Source of the DNA: Azolla caroliniana
Taxonomy: Eukaryota > Plantae > Polypodiophyta
Length of the DNA: 64,000 nt
Direction: 5' to 3'
NCBI GenBank assembly: GCA_043228905.1
Contig: JBHGNT010000012.1
Coordinates: 15,810,001-15,874,000, forward strand
Translations under genes and position numbers: made by a program
Part shown: positions 35,201 through 47,368 of the stretch, piece after piece
Layout of the letters: each line of letters starts with the position of its first letter
Position numbering within the stretch: position 1 is the first letter of the stretch
The notes under the pieces: generated by a model
What the model was told of the DNA's origin: nothing
Database searches by the model: none
Seen by the model: the letters and a program-made list of their open reading frames with translations, nothing else

Positions 35201-38200
35201 TGACGAAACTTTGTGACACTGTAGATCATGCCCAGGGCCTCCCGTTCTGTCGTTGAATAGTTCTTTTCCGCTTGGGACAGCTTCCGGCTGGCGTAATATA
35301 CCGGCCGGTACCATTTAGGCTCCGTAAGTTGCATTAAGGCGCTGCCAATAGCGATGTCGGAAGCGTCCACGAACCCATGAAATTCCTTGCTCCAATCCGG
35401 AGGCTGCACGACGGGTGCTTGCGATAAAAGTACCTTCAGGGCATTGTATGCCTTATCCTCCGTATCCGTCCATTGGAACGGTGTCCGATGTACCGCGGTG
35501 TGTAATGGTGTAGCCAAGTCAGCCAAGTGACGGAGCATCCGGCTGTGCCACCGGATCTGTCCTAAGAATCGGCTTAGTGCTTTGGCTGTTTTCGGTGTCG
35601 GTGCCCCTAGTATGGCGTTTACTTTGTCCGGGTCGACCGTAATGCCCTCCTTACTTACAATGTGTCCCAGCAATATTCCACTTGAAACTCCAAAGATGCA
35701 TTTTGCTGGGTTTAAGCTTAGCCGGTATAACCTACACTTTTCAAGGCATAACCGTAGGTGCTGCAAATGGTCTTTTCCCCGGCTATAGACTGCAAAATCA
35801 TCCAGGAAAACTTGCATGAAGGCAGGAATGTATTCGCCGAAGATCTCCATGATGATTCGCTGGAAAGTTGCTGGTGCCGTTTTTAGGCCGAACATCATTA
35901 CTTCGGCCACAAACACCCCCCATTCGGTGACGAACGCTGTCTTCTCCTGGTCGTCAGGGTGCATCCGGATTTGATTGTATCCGCTGAACCCGTCTAAGAA
36001 ACTATAGACTTCATGACCGGCGACGGCATCCAGTACTCCGTCCGTGAACGGAAGAGGGAATGCATCCGTAATTGTGGCGGCATTTAGTTTCCTGTAATCT
36101 ACACACACGCGGATTTTACCGTTCTTCTTTGGGACGACGACGATGGGGCTCAGCCACGTCGCTTTCTTTACCGGCCGGATGAAGCCCACTCTTAGGAGTT
36201 TGTCGATTTCCTCCTTCACTTTGGCGGCGTAGTTGGGGTTCATTCGGTAACGTCGTTGCGCCACTGGTTTCGCGTCCTTGCCTAAGTGGATCTGATGCTG
36301 ATATAATTGAGGGTCCAGCCCTCGCATGTCCTCGTATGACCAGGCGAATACGTCGCGAAACTCCGTAAGAAGTTTGATCATCGCCGCTTTGTCTTCCGGC
36401 TTCATTTCTTTGGCGATGTGTACCGGCTTTGATTCGTCCTTGCTTCCTAGGTTCACTTCGTCGAGCTGGGATGCTTTTACCTGTTGGGAAACGGCCATTT
36501 CCCGTTCCAACGCTTCCTGTGCTTGCCGTAATTCCCGAATCGCATCTTTGTCTGGTTCGGCTTCGGTGTCGTCCCGCTGCGGCAAGTATGGGGCTACGGC
36601 TTCAGCTACGTCGATCTCGAAGAGTGGTACGATCTTCGGGTGTTCCTCCAAGTACTGGGCTTCTTCGTCGTCTGCCAATCCTTCAAGCATGTTCACACAT
36701 TCTGCATACAGCGGTGTGCATTCCTTACCGTTGCTCGTCCGTGGTTGTGTCGGAACCCGGACCTTGGCTTTTCCGCGCCGGAAGGTAATCATATTTTTCC
36801 GCCAATTTTGCTTGATGTGTGCCCAGCAACAGTGGGTACGCGCCTTGCGCCTGTAGCTGCAGCACTACAGCCGAGATGTGAAATGTGTGGCCTCCTATGG
36901 TGACTTCCAATTTCCGTATTAAGCCCGTTGGCCGTACAGAGCTCGTATCCGCCATCCGTAGCCAGAACGGACATGGCTCCCATTCATGTATACCCAAGGC
37001 ATCACACGTGCGGAGGCTTATTACGTTCACTCCGGAACCTCCATCGATTACTGTGCCGGGAAGTTCGTGCCCTTTGACAATAGCTGTGATCACCGGACTA
37101 CTAGTGTCCACCACCGTCGGTCCCTCCTCCGGATTCGAGAAGAGGACTGGTGCCGGTGGGGCTATACCGTCTGTCATGACCGTTTTTAGTCCTTCTGTGA
37201 ACCGCGGCACGAGCTGCAAGAGTCTTCCTAATGGTAACGTGATCTGGCATTCTTGCAGTGCTTGCCATGTCTCGTTTTCTGGGTGGCTACCGCCGGCACT
37301 CCCTATGGTATTCGCCTTTTGCCGTTCCGCGTCCGCGACGTTCCTTTCATTGGCTTCCTTCACCCATTCCGTCGCCTGTTTTCGTATGGCCTCTTGTTTT
37401 TCCCACTCTTTGGCCATGCCTTTCGACCGTGTGGTTACTTGCTGTAAATCCGCCACTTCCGGAACCACCATATTAACTGCTGGTCGTTTCTCGTAGCTCT
37501 TTACCGGGCACTGGTTACTGTAGTGGCCTTCCTGCCTGCAGTAGTAGCAGTACTCTTTACGGGTATTGCTGGATTCAGCATTGCTGGTAGCCGGAGTCGG
37601 TCCCGTAGTGAGTGGTGTGTTCTGTGCCGGTTGGCTCCTTGGGGTTCCCTGTTCCGGGTCCCTAGTGTGACCACCTTTCTTGAAATTACGTTTCTTATTA
37701 TTCTTATTTTTATTTCAGTAGTCCGGTCGTGGTAGATCGTAAAATCGGCCGTAGTCCTCCTGGTGCCTTCGGTAACCCGGGGAATGGTCTCTGTCGTATT
37801 GCTCGTGTCGTCTGTTGGGCTCCCAATAACGGTCCGATCGCTCATACCGGTCGTAGTTATCACGCCGATTCCCGTACCGGCCATCATTCTCTTGCCTGTC
37901 CCCGTACCGGACATCCTGTGCCGGTGGGTACCGGTTCATTCTTTGCCAACGATCGTCATCTTCGTCTCGGCTGCTTCTTGGCTCGATCCGTCGGACGGGT
38001 GGTGCTTGTCGATTTAACAGGTTGTACTCGCACCGGTCCGTTGTATGACTCTTGGATTGACAAATCACACACTGAGTGCGCATGGTGCACTCTACTGCCG
38101 AGTGTCCGGTATTCAAGCAGATTGTGCATTGAATTGCCTGCCGGAACCGGAGATCTTCCTCGGTGGGTAACGCCCGTTGCAGTGTTCCCAGCGTAAGCCA

Positions 38201-39304
38201 TGAGCTTGTCTTTTCCATTTCTCTGACCCGGTCAATGACCTGGTCGATGGTGCATCCTCGAAAGTCGATCACCGTACACACCGTGCGTAACGGTTCCCGG
38301 AGTGCGTTTAAAAATATCGTCCGTAATTCCTCCTCCGGGGGTGCACGGGCAAGCTGGCTATGCATTCGTTGGAAACGGATGACGAATTGGGGAATGCTTT
38401 CCCCTGCCTCCTGCCGGATCGTATAAAACAGGCCCACCATTGTCGTCTGGTCGACCTCCTTGTGGAAAAAATGCAAGAATTTTGCTTTTAATTCTGCAAA
38501 GGTTGTGATGGTCGCCGGGTCCTGCGTCCGCCGCCATCGTGTCGCTGGTCCCTCCAATGTGACTCCGAATTCCGCTATCTTCGAGCGTTCTTCTTCCTCC
38601 GGTGTCATTCGCTGGGACGTGTGATTTGCTTCCCATGTCTGCTCGAAGTCATGAACATGCGCTTCCGCGTCCGGATCATCGCGATACTTTGAGTATTGGA
38701 ACGGCATGTCGTTGTCCAGTATTAGGCCGCGGTTTAGTGGCGTTCGTTGATATCTTTCCGGTTTTCTCTCCGGTTCCACTTCCGGTTCTTTTGCCGGTGC
38801 TTTTTCCGGTTCCTTTGCCGGCTCTTTCGTTGGTGTTGGTGGCTTTGCTTCTTCCACTTCCGGTGTTGGTGGGTTGACGGCTTCCGTTTGCGGTTCCGGA
38901 TAGCCCTGGTTGAGCGGTTCCGGTTCTGGAGTCGGCACGGTATCCGACCCGTCGTCTTCCGGGCCGCCGGGGGTATCGTTGCTGCTCCGGTAGTTCGTGT
39001 GCACGCTGTATCCCCCTTCGGAATCCGATTCGTAGGCTGAAAAGGCTTCTGCCTCGTTTTCTCCGCTTGCCAGCGCCTCCAGGAGTCGTTCGGTTTCCCG
39101 GAGACTACTTAGACTGCTTCCGTCGTCCTGGTCGCGAGTTTGCCGTAACCGGAGAGATTCCTCCGTGACTCTCCGGATCTCGTTGGAGAACGAACGATCC
39201 GAGCGAATTTCCTGCGCTGCTTGCTGGAAAGTCTCACGCCGTCTTTGCCGTTCGGCGAGGCGTCGAGCTCGGTCTGTAACCAAGTCGTGCGTTGGTCTAG
39301 TCAT
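35201..39304 (-). pseudogene. gag-pol: Non-chromovirus Gypsy gag-PR-RT-RNase H (one stop at 37715, frameshift ~36830)
   Basis: Three CCHC knuckles; VIDGGSGVNV protease; LDGFSGYNQ, FLDD; DASD. Confidence 0.9.
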
Positions 39305-40594
39305 CCATTACCGTCGTTCGCTGCGAAAAAGCAGGAATCGTGGTCGCCAAAACTGTGTTATTCGTTAGCCGGACAAGGCCTAACACAAGGTGTCATGGAG
39401 ACACTTCACCAAAGGGTGATTACGGCATAGGATTAAGATTCAACGATTACACCGACTTACGTAAGTTACACGATTAGAATGCTTTGGTTAATTGCACGCG
39501 TAAGATATAACAGTAGTTACAGAACGGAAATCAAGACAGAAGTATAAACATCATAAGCTCTATTAATTATCCGCTATGATTACAATGGGGTCCGGGCCTT
39601 TAAATAGGTTTCCGGCCCGTAGTACAAAACGGTGCCTCTCGCACCTATTCGGAATCCGTCCGGATCTGGAACGGCATACCGTTTCCAGTCCGTCTGTCCA
39701 CACTATGCCTATTTACAACCATACTTAATTAACTCCTTCACTCCGTATTTTGGACTCCTTGCCGGCCGGTAACACTTCCTTTTATAGCCCAAGGAGGGAG
39801 AGACGTTACAATGTGGGATAAATTCTCCCCCTTATTCTATACACCATCTTTGTACTATACATGTGCACATGTTGCACGCCACCGACTTGCCCATTCCACC
39901 CCGGTTTTACACTATAGCCGGCAATCTTCACGACATCCATCCCCAACAAACCGCACATCCATCGGTATGTGCCAAGAAAGGGAACGGGTGAGAGATTTCG
40001 GCTACGGTGATCAATCGGGTTCTTCACCTTCCCGACACCCGACCATCTTGCCAGTTCCTTGCCAGCGCCGACTCGTCGGCTCCATTCGATCCACCACGTT
40101 CGCTGCATGCACCCTCTTCTTCGACCGGCCCTCCCGAACACCGTTGTCGATCCGGTCTCTCTTCCTTCGCTCGCCGTGCATGTCCTCCGGTTAGACCCCT
40201 GGTTACTTCGATTGCTCGCCACGTCCCGAACACCTCCGCCTGTCGACTCTCTCCACTCCGCGCTCGTCTTCCGTAGGCTCTTCCCATGTGCCATTATCAT
40301 TCCCCGAATGCACGTTCGTTCTTCAGTCCTTAGGTGACCCCAATACGCGCTCCCTATTCCTTCTATGGTCGCCGTGCTCTCTCGTTCCTGGCACTGCCAT
40401 GTGCCGTCTTCCGCCTTCCTTGTGCGGCACCGCCTGTGCCAAATACCGTCCTGTCTCGTGCCTGCTTCTACCCTCAATGGCCACTCGCACATCTTGTACC
40501 CCTCACCGGCTTCCTTCCGAAACCTTAACCGACCGGTAAGGGTTCAACCCTCATCAACTTCGGCCTTACCGGCTCCCAATCCGCTCTTCCCACA

Positions 40595-41100
40595 TTGTTG
40601 GTTCCGGTTTCCTGCCGCCACCATCCTTCTCACTCGGTCTCACATTGCCATGTCGGCTTGAACTGCCGGTGTCCCCGAATCGGTGCGAGGATCCCATAGG
40701 AACGCCCATCTGCACTTCCCGCATCGCTGGTTCCCGTTTCCTGCCACCACCATCCTTCTCACTCGGTCTCACGTTGCCATGTCGGCTTGAACTGCCGGTG
40801 TCTCCGGATCGGTGTGAGGATCCCATAGGAACGCCCCATCCTTCTCTTCCTTGCATCGCCGGTTCCCGTTTCCTGCCGCCACCATCCTTCTCACTCGGTC
40901 TCACATTGCCATGTTGGCTTGAACTGTCGGTGTCTCCGGATCGGTGTGAGGATCCCATAGGAACACCCTATCCTTCTCTTCCCTGCATCGTCGATTCCCG
41001 TTTCCTACCGCCACCATCCTTCTCACTCGGTCTCACATTGCCATGTTGGCTTGAACTGCCGGTGTCTCTGGATCGGTGTGAGGACTCCATAGGAATTCTC
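40595..41100. repeat. 129-132-bp tandem repeat, 4 copies, in the G3 interior
   Basis: Units start at ~40600, 40729, 40861 and 40993; partial copy ~41690-41775. Confidence 0.88.
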
Positions 41101-42301
41101 TTTCGCTGCCTTTGCCCTCGTCCCCCTCGCCGCCACCGTCAGTCTCTTGGTCTTACATCGGCTCCATTGCCGACTGCCGAAGTCTCTAGATCCGGTGTGA
41201 AGGATCCTCCTCGGGCTATTGTTTCTCTAACCCTTATCCTGGGTCGTCTTTGTCCACAAGTAGAGAGTGTGGCTAGCTCCACATCCTCTCCCGTGGTACA
41301 GTGGTACCGTGTTCCCGGCCTCTTCGTAGGCCTGCTCTCTCCCCTCTTCCGGATTGGTTATCCGGAAGTCCGCTTCGCCCGGATCTCGTCCGGGTCCGAC
41401 CGTCACTCAGCATTGCCGAGTCCCGTTCTCCAGCCACCACTGTCAGTATCTTGGTCTTACATTGGATCCGATGCCAACCGCCGAAGTCTCTAGCCCGGTG
41501 TGAGGTGACCCATAGGTCTGGTCTTCGTTCTTCGCTTCCGGATCGGTTGTATTGACCGTGACCTCCACGTCCTCGCCGCCACTTTCCGCCTCTTAGGTCT
41601 TCCGTTGGTTCACGGACGCAACCGCCTAAGTCTCGGGAATGAGTGTGGAGGACCCATACTTTAGTCAACTGCCTCTTTCTTTTCTCCCCCCGCCGCCGTT
41701 GATCCCCCCTTTACGCTCCCCTACCATCTCCCTTCTCTTTTAGTCTCACGTTGCCATGTTGGCTTGAACTGTCGAAGTCCTCGGCAACGGCGCTAGAGGA
41801 TTCGGGCATGGTTGCCCGAAACATCACGAGGGGAGGAGGCAAGCGGCAGTGCTGGGACCTTACCCACACCAATTCTAGAGACATCGGCGGTTGTGGATCA
41901 ATGTACGACCGGAGAGACGGCGGGTGGCGGCGAGAAGTCGGTTATCGGAGCGGATGAGATTACCGGAGCGGGTATCCGGTATGAAATAATGGACGAGCGG
42001 GGCTAAGACGGCAAGCCCGAGTCGGAATGGGCTACGGCAACAAAGGGAGAAGAGGCCACCGCGGAGGTCGGGTCTACGAGGAGTGAAGGCTGTAAAACGG
42101 AGCATGCACTACGGCCGGTGAAGGGCCAAGAAGCAAGAATGCACGCAAAAGAGCGGCAATGAGTGACCGGCAATGGCGTACCGGTTGAGCCTTTGAGAGG
42201 CAAGCACGCTGTCGTGAAGAAAACCGTCCCCAGGCGCAAACTGTGTATAGCGTGTGTAAACCGGCCCTTACACGTGGGCACGCCCCTTGTGGTATAGTAG
42301 A

Positions 42302-42403
42302 TGTCAGGAACAGTACTGAGACTGAGAAGAAATTAGTACTAAACGAAGGATTAGTACTATGAGAGGTGTGGAACTTCTTCGAGAGAAGGAAGAAGTGAGC
42401 GAG

Positions 42404-42450
<47 letters not shown>

Positions 42451-45400
42451 TGATAAGAAAGATATGTATTATATGAAGAGAATATACAATGGTGGCGAAA
42501 AAGGCTTAAGACTGGCGTTGAACCAATTTGGTTCAATATAATGCCTAGTGCCCTCTTTTATAGTGTTTTCAGGAGTAATCCTGAAGCTTCTAGAATGTTC
42601 CAGAGAAATCTGGAATATACACTAATTTCCTATAATAAAATGTAAATGAAAATAATATCCTACGTATTACAATAGATGATCTAATGGGCAAGAGCTCGAC
42701 CCATATAACCTAAGGTCATGGGTTCGAGTCTTGCCATATCATGACACTATCCCCCCTTTAAAACGACGAGTGGCACGAGTCGTCTTGGATTGAGGACCTG
42801 GTTTGTGTGGATATTGACGATGGAAGTCTTCAAGAAGAGCACGAGCATTGGTCACATTCTCGATCGGTTCCCAAGTACGTTCGCTAGGGCTATAGCCTAG
42901 CCAATCGACTAGATAGTAGAGCTTGTTGCGAACAATCTTGGAATCAAGGATGGCGGCAACCTCGTACTCCAGCCCATCTTCAAGCTCGATCGGGGGTGGA
43001 GGTTGGATAAGACGTCCTGGGATGGTGCTCTCGTGGTAGGGTTCGAGGAGAGAACTATGAAACACCGGATGTATCCGAAGTTGAGGAGGTAGATCGAGAC
43101 GAAAAGCGACATCATTAATCTGTCCAATAATATGGAAAGGACCTAATCGCCGATAATCTAACTTCTCACATGGACGAGTAGTCTTGATGTGTCGTCGTAG
43201 CAGCCACACCCGATCTCCAATATTAAAACTAGATGGAAGTCGATGACGATCCGCGTAGACCTTGTGTGTTTGTTGAGCTTGTTGGAGATGAGTAGATAAA
43301 TCCGCTTGTATCTTGCGTAACTGCTCCAAACGATCCTCTGCGCACGGATTTGTGGACACCTCTGGGGTTTCAAGTACACTCCACTGGGGGTGACATCCCG
43401 TATAAGCATAAAATGGCGTAACTTTAGTGGATGCGTGGATAGAGTTGTTATAGGCAAATTCGGCGAAGTGGAGAATATCTGCCCAGTCATCTTGATGATA
43501 GCTGAGAAAGCACCACAGATACTGCTCCAGCGTTTGATTTGTTCGTTCAGCTTGGCCGTTGGTTTGTGGGTGGTAGCCGGAGGAGAGGTTACAAGTGACC
43601 TTGAGCATGTTAAAAAGGTGCTTCCAGAATTTTGACACGAACTAGGGTCCACGGTCGCTGATGATACTATCGGGAAGTCCATGATGCCGACATACTTCAC
43701 GCATGACAATTTCGGCAGTGTCTTCACTGGAGATCTCCTTAGTACATGGTAAGAAATGAGCCATCTTCGTATATCGATCGACCACCGTTAGAATCGCATT
43801 GAACCCCCTAGAGACTGGAAGATCTGTGATGAAGTCTAGAGTAATGGATTGCCACGGCTTGCTTGGAATTGGTAATGGTTCTAATAAACCATATGGATGG
43901 TGCCTTGGCATTTTCGCTCTGCAACATGTATCACAAGTCCGAACAAAATCCTCGACAAATTGTCGCATATAGGGCCACCAGAATGTTCGTTGTACTAAAT
44001 GTAATGTTTTAGTACTACCAAAATGCCCAGCTGTATATGTGTCATGACAGTTTTGTACTACTCGAAGGCGGCAAGAACCATTAGGAACATACAAAAGTTC
44101 TTTAAAGAAAAGTAATCCATCATGGTATTTGAATTGCCGATAGTCCATACCTGGTGGTTGCGACTGTGAACACGACGCTCGAGAGGGATCAATTTGTGCT
44201 AGTATAGCTTGGGTGAACGCATCTGTCTTCAAGTCTTCAAGTATGGTATCGATAACGTGGGAATCCATAGGCATGTCAAAGATCTGTGTTGCTTGTAGTC
44301 GTGCCGGTCCCAAGATGACTTGTTTTTGGTTATCGAAAGCTGGCTCGCCGGGACGGGGTGCTAGATACGAACGCCGTGATAATGCATCTGCCTTCCCTTG
44401 GTGCCTCCCCGGACGATATGTAATTTTGAAGTCGAAACGCGTGAGGAAGTGGGCCCACCGAGCTTGACGTCGATTCAACACACGAGCATCCTGAAAGTAG
44501 GCAAGATTCTTGTGGTCACTAAATATGGTGACTGGATGAGAGGATCCCTCCAGAAAATGCCTCCATTGCATAAAAGAATCCACTATTGCCAATAGCTCCT
44601 TATCATGAATTTCGTAGTTGATTTCGGCGGCGTCAAACTTGCGTGAGTGAAAAGCCACAGGATGTAGCTTCTCATCATTCCCCTGTTGTGACAGAATGCT
44701 CCCCAAAGCAATGGGACGTCCATCAATGACTACTACAAAGACTGGACATTGGAGTTTTCTTAGGGATATCTTATGAGCTTGAGCAATTTTCTTATCCATA
44801 AAGCAAGAGTTAGCGCCGGAATCTAGGAGTGCTAGGACATGTACTGGAGGGGTACTTTTAGTACTAACTATTACTTGGGCTACGAATACATCACTAACTT
44901 GCTTAGAGGGAATGGAACCACTAATGGGCTGCACAGATCTAGGGCTGTCCAACCAAACGACTCCTATTTTGGCTGGACTTAGTCGTTTAACTCTTCTTCT
45001 AACTGACTAAGGACATCAAATTTGTTTGCTAGATCTGGGATATTAGTACTATTAGTACTATTAGGACTATCAGATATCCCTACTGAAATAGGCTCGTATT
45101 TAGTACAATTAGAACTAGGGACTATTTGGTTTACCTGTCTTCTTGGCCTATGGGGGCAATTTATTGCGATATGTCCTGGTCCACCGCAGTAAAGACATAG
45201 TCGATTTGCACGGCGTCGCTGCTTTTCTTCTTCAGATAATGGCCCTCGACGACGTGTAGTGTCAATCTCCATCGGAGTCGGAGTATTCGCTGGAGGCGCA
45301 TTATATGACTCCCTCGGAAAAGGTCTTGCTACCACTGAGGCGTAGGTGGGCTATGATCTGGCCCTCGACATCTGTAGCTGTCGTTCCGAACGTCGCTCAA

Positions 45401-46315
45401 AGAGGCGGTTGTCACATCTCACCGCGCGACTGATTGCTTCTGTTAAGGACTTTGGCTCTTCGGGGAAGGTCAAGAGTAAATCCTTGACGTCGTTGCGTAA
45501 ACCATAACGGAATTGATCCATCAACACTTGATCATCCCAAGGGATATCGGCGGCAAGTAGGCGAAAATCTGCAGCGTATGCGGAGGCTGGACGGTCACCT
45601 TGGCGTAATCGCCGGATTTTGTTGATTGCGGTCCTGATGCTGTCAGTATCTCCGAAACATGCTTTAAACTCACCTAGAAACTCTTCAAAATTGTTAAGTA
45701 ACGGAGATTCCTTTTCTAATAGTGGAGCGAACCATGACAACGCTGAGCCACTTAACAAAGTGCCTACTAAACCCACTTGTGATGCATTGGTGGGATATCG
45801 GGAAGGATGCATTTGAATAACTAATCGTACCTGGTTAAGGAACCCTCTAAACTGCGATCGCGTTCCATCGAACTTCGTGGGAAGACCAATCTTGGGTTCT
45901 TTATGAATCCCTTGTGTTCCGGGCCCTTGTTGTTGCATCACTATGATGGTTGCATCGAGTTGTTGCACGCGTAACGCAAGTTCCCCATGCTGTTGTTGCG
46001 TTTGCTACTTTTCTAAGGAGATTTGCTGAAGATCCCCCAGCAACCGTTGGTTTTCTTGTTCCAAAGCATGGAACTTCTCCTTCAAGCATTGAAATTCCGA
46101 GAAAACAGATTGATATTCTTCAGCGCTAACAGTGGCCATGGGATGAAAGAAAAGAGGAATAAAAGATTAATAGGAAATGAGAGAGACAGAAGGTAGGAGA
46201 AATTGGTTCAAACTGTCAGGAACAGTACTGAGACTGAGAAGGAATTAGTACTAAACGAAGGATTAGTACTATGAGAGGTGTGGAACTTCTTCGAGAGAAG
46301 GAAGAAGTGAGCGAG

Positions 46316-46385
<70 letters not shown>

Positions 46386-46676
46386 AGAAAGATATGTATT
46401 ATATGAAGAGAATATACAATGGTGGCTAAAAAGGCTTAAGACTGGCGTTGAACCAATTTAGTTCAATATAATGCCTAGTGCCCTCTTTTATAGTGTTTTC
46501 AGGAGTAATCCTGAAGCTTCTAGAATGTTCCAGAGAAATCTGGAATATACACTAATTTCCTATAATAAAATGTAAATGAAAATAATATCCTACGTATTAC
46601 AATAGATGATCTAATGGTCAAGAGCTCGACCCATATAACCTAAGGTCATGGGTTCGAGTTTTGCCATATCATGACA
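42302..46676 (-). mobile_element. Tcn1-like T2, RT deleted, inserted in the G4 5' LTR
   Basis: LTRs 42302-42746 and 46214-46676; TSD GTAGA; homologous to T1. Confidence 0.93.
42739..46139 (-). pseudogene. gag-pol: T2 gag and pol (PR fused to RNase H, IN, chromodomain); stops at 45351 and 43642
   Basis: DGRPIA|LGSILSQ junction at ~44706. Confidence 0.88.
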
Positions 46677-47368
46677 GTAGATAGGTAGGCACAAAGGTCA
46701 TGGGTTCGAGTTTTGCCATATCATGACAGTAGATAGGTAGGCACAAAGGTCAGATCCTAGGTAGCAATATTCTATAGGGAGAATCGAGGAGTATCTCTGT
46801 CTGAAAGGACAGAGAATTAATGTGATGTAAACGGGCAAGGCGGCCTCCCTCCTTGAGCTATAAAAGAGAGGGAGACGGGGAGAGAAGGTATCGCGTGCTA
46901 GAGGGGACAAAGTGTTGTCGGACTGGGACCGAGCTCTTCTCTTCTGTCGTTCTCCATAAGCTTCTTTGCGCAGGTTCTCGAGAGGCTGAATCTGCTCCGT
47001 GGAACGCCGTTTGTTTCCGGCAGAATCTCCATCTTGCTCCCCTGTGTGCGTGGGTGATCAGGCGTCGACACTCGTCTCGCCGACCTGATCGGTTGTAACC
47101 GTTCGAGTCATCTGCATACATATATTTATATACGCGTTCTTATACTCTATCTCCTGCCCAACTTGTGTCTCTTGTGTTGATTAGGCTGCATTCCCGCACG
47201 CTTCTTTGTCTATCTGTGTGTGAGCGTGTCTCTCTCTCCCTCTCTCTCTTTTCCCCACCTATTCCTCGGTCCAAGACCCTAGTGGTCCCGCCTTGTTCTC
47301 CACGCACGCGCGTAACAACGCGACATATTTGGTGAACCCGACGTGAACAGGCGGCAGAGGAGTAGAAG

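Larger units (their letters stand above)
24168..39774 (-). mobile_element. Non-chromovirus Gypsy (Phygy/Athila-like) with an extra 3' ORF, inserted in the G3 3' LTR
   Basis: 419-bp LTRs 24168-24586 and 39356-39774 (~5 differences); TSD CTTCC; PBS TGGCGACCACG (Arg-like) ~39339-39349. Confidence 0.93.

Noticed and set aside
46319-46380. (GA)n tracts and their RERE/SLSL ORFs (also ~1608, 3485, 15241, 29557, 34870, 42408)
   Set aside because: Simple microsatellites in LTRs or leaders; the translations are artefacts.
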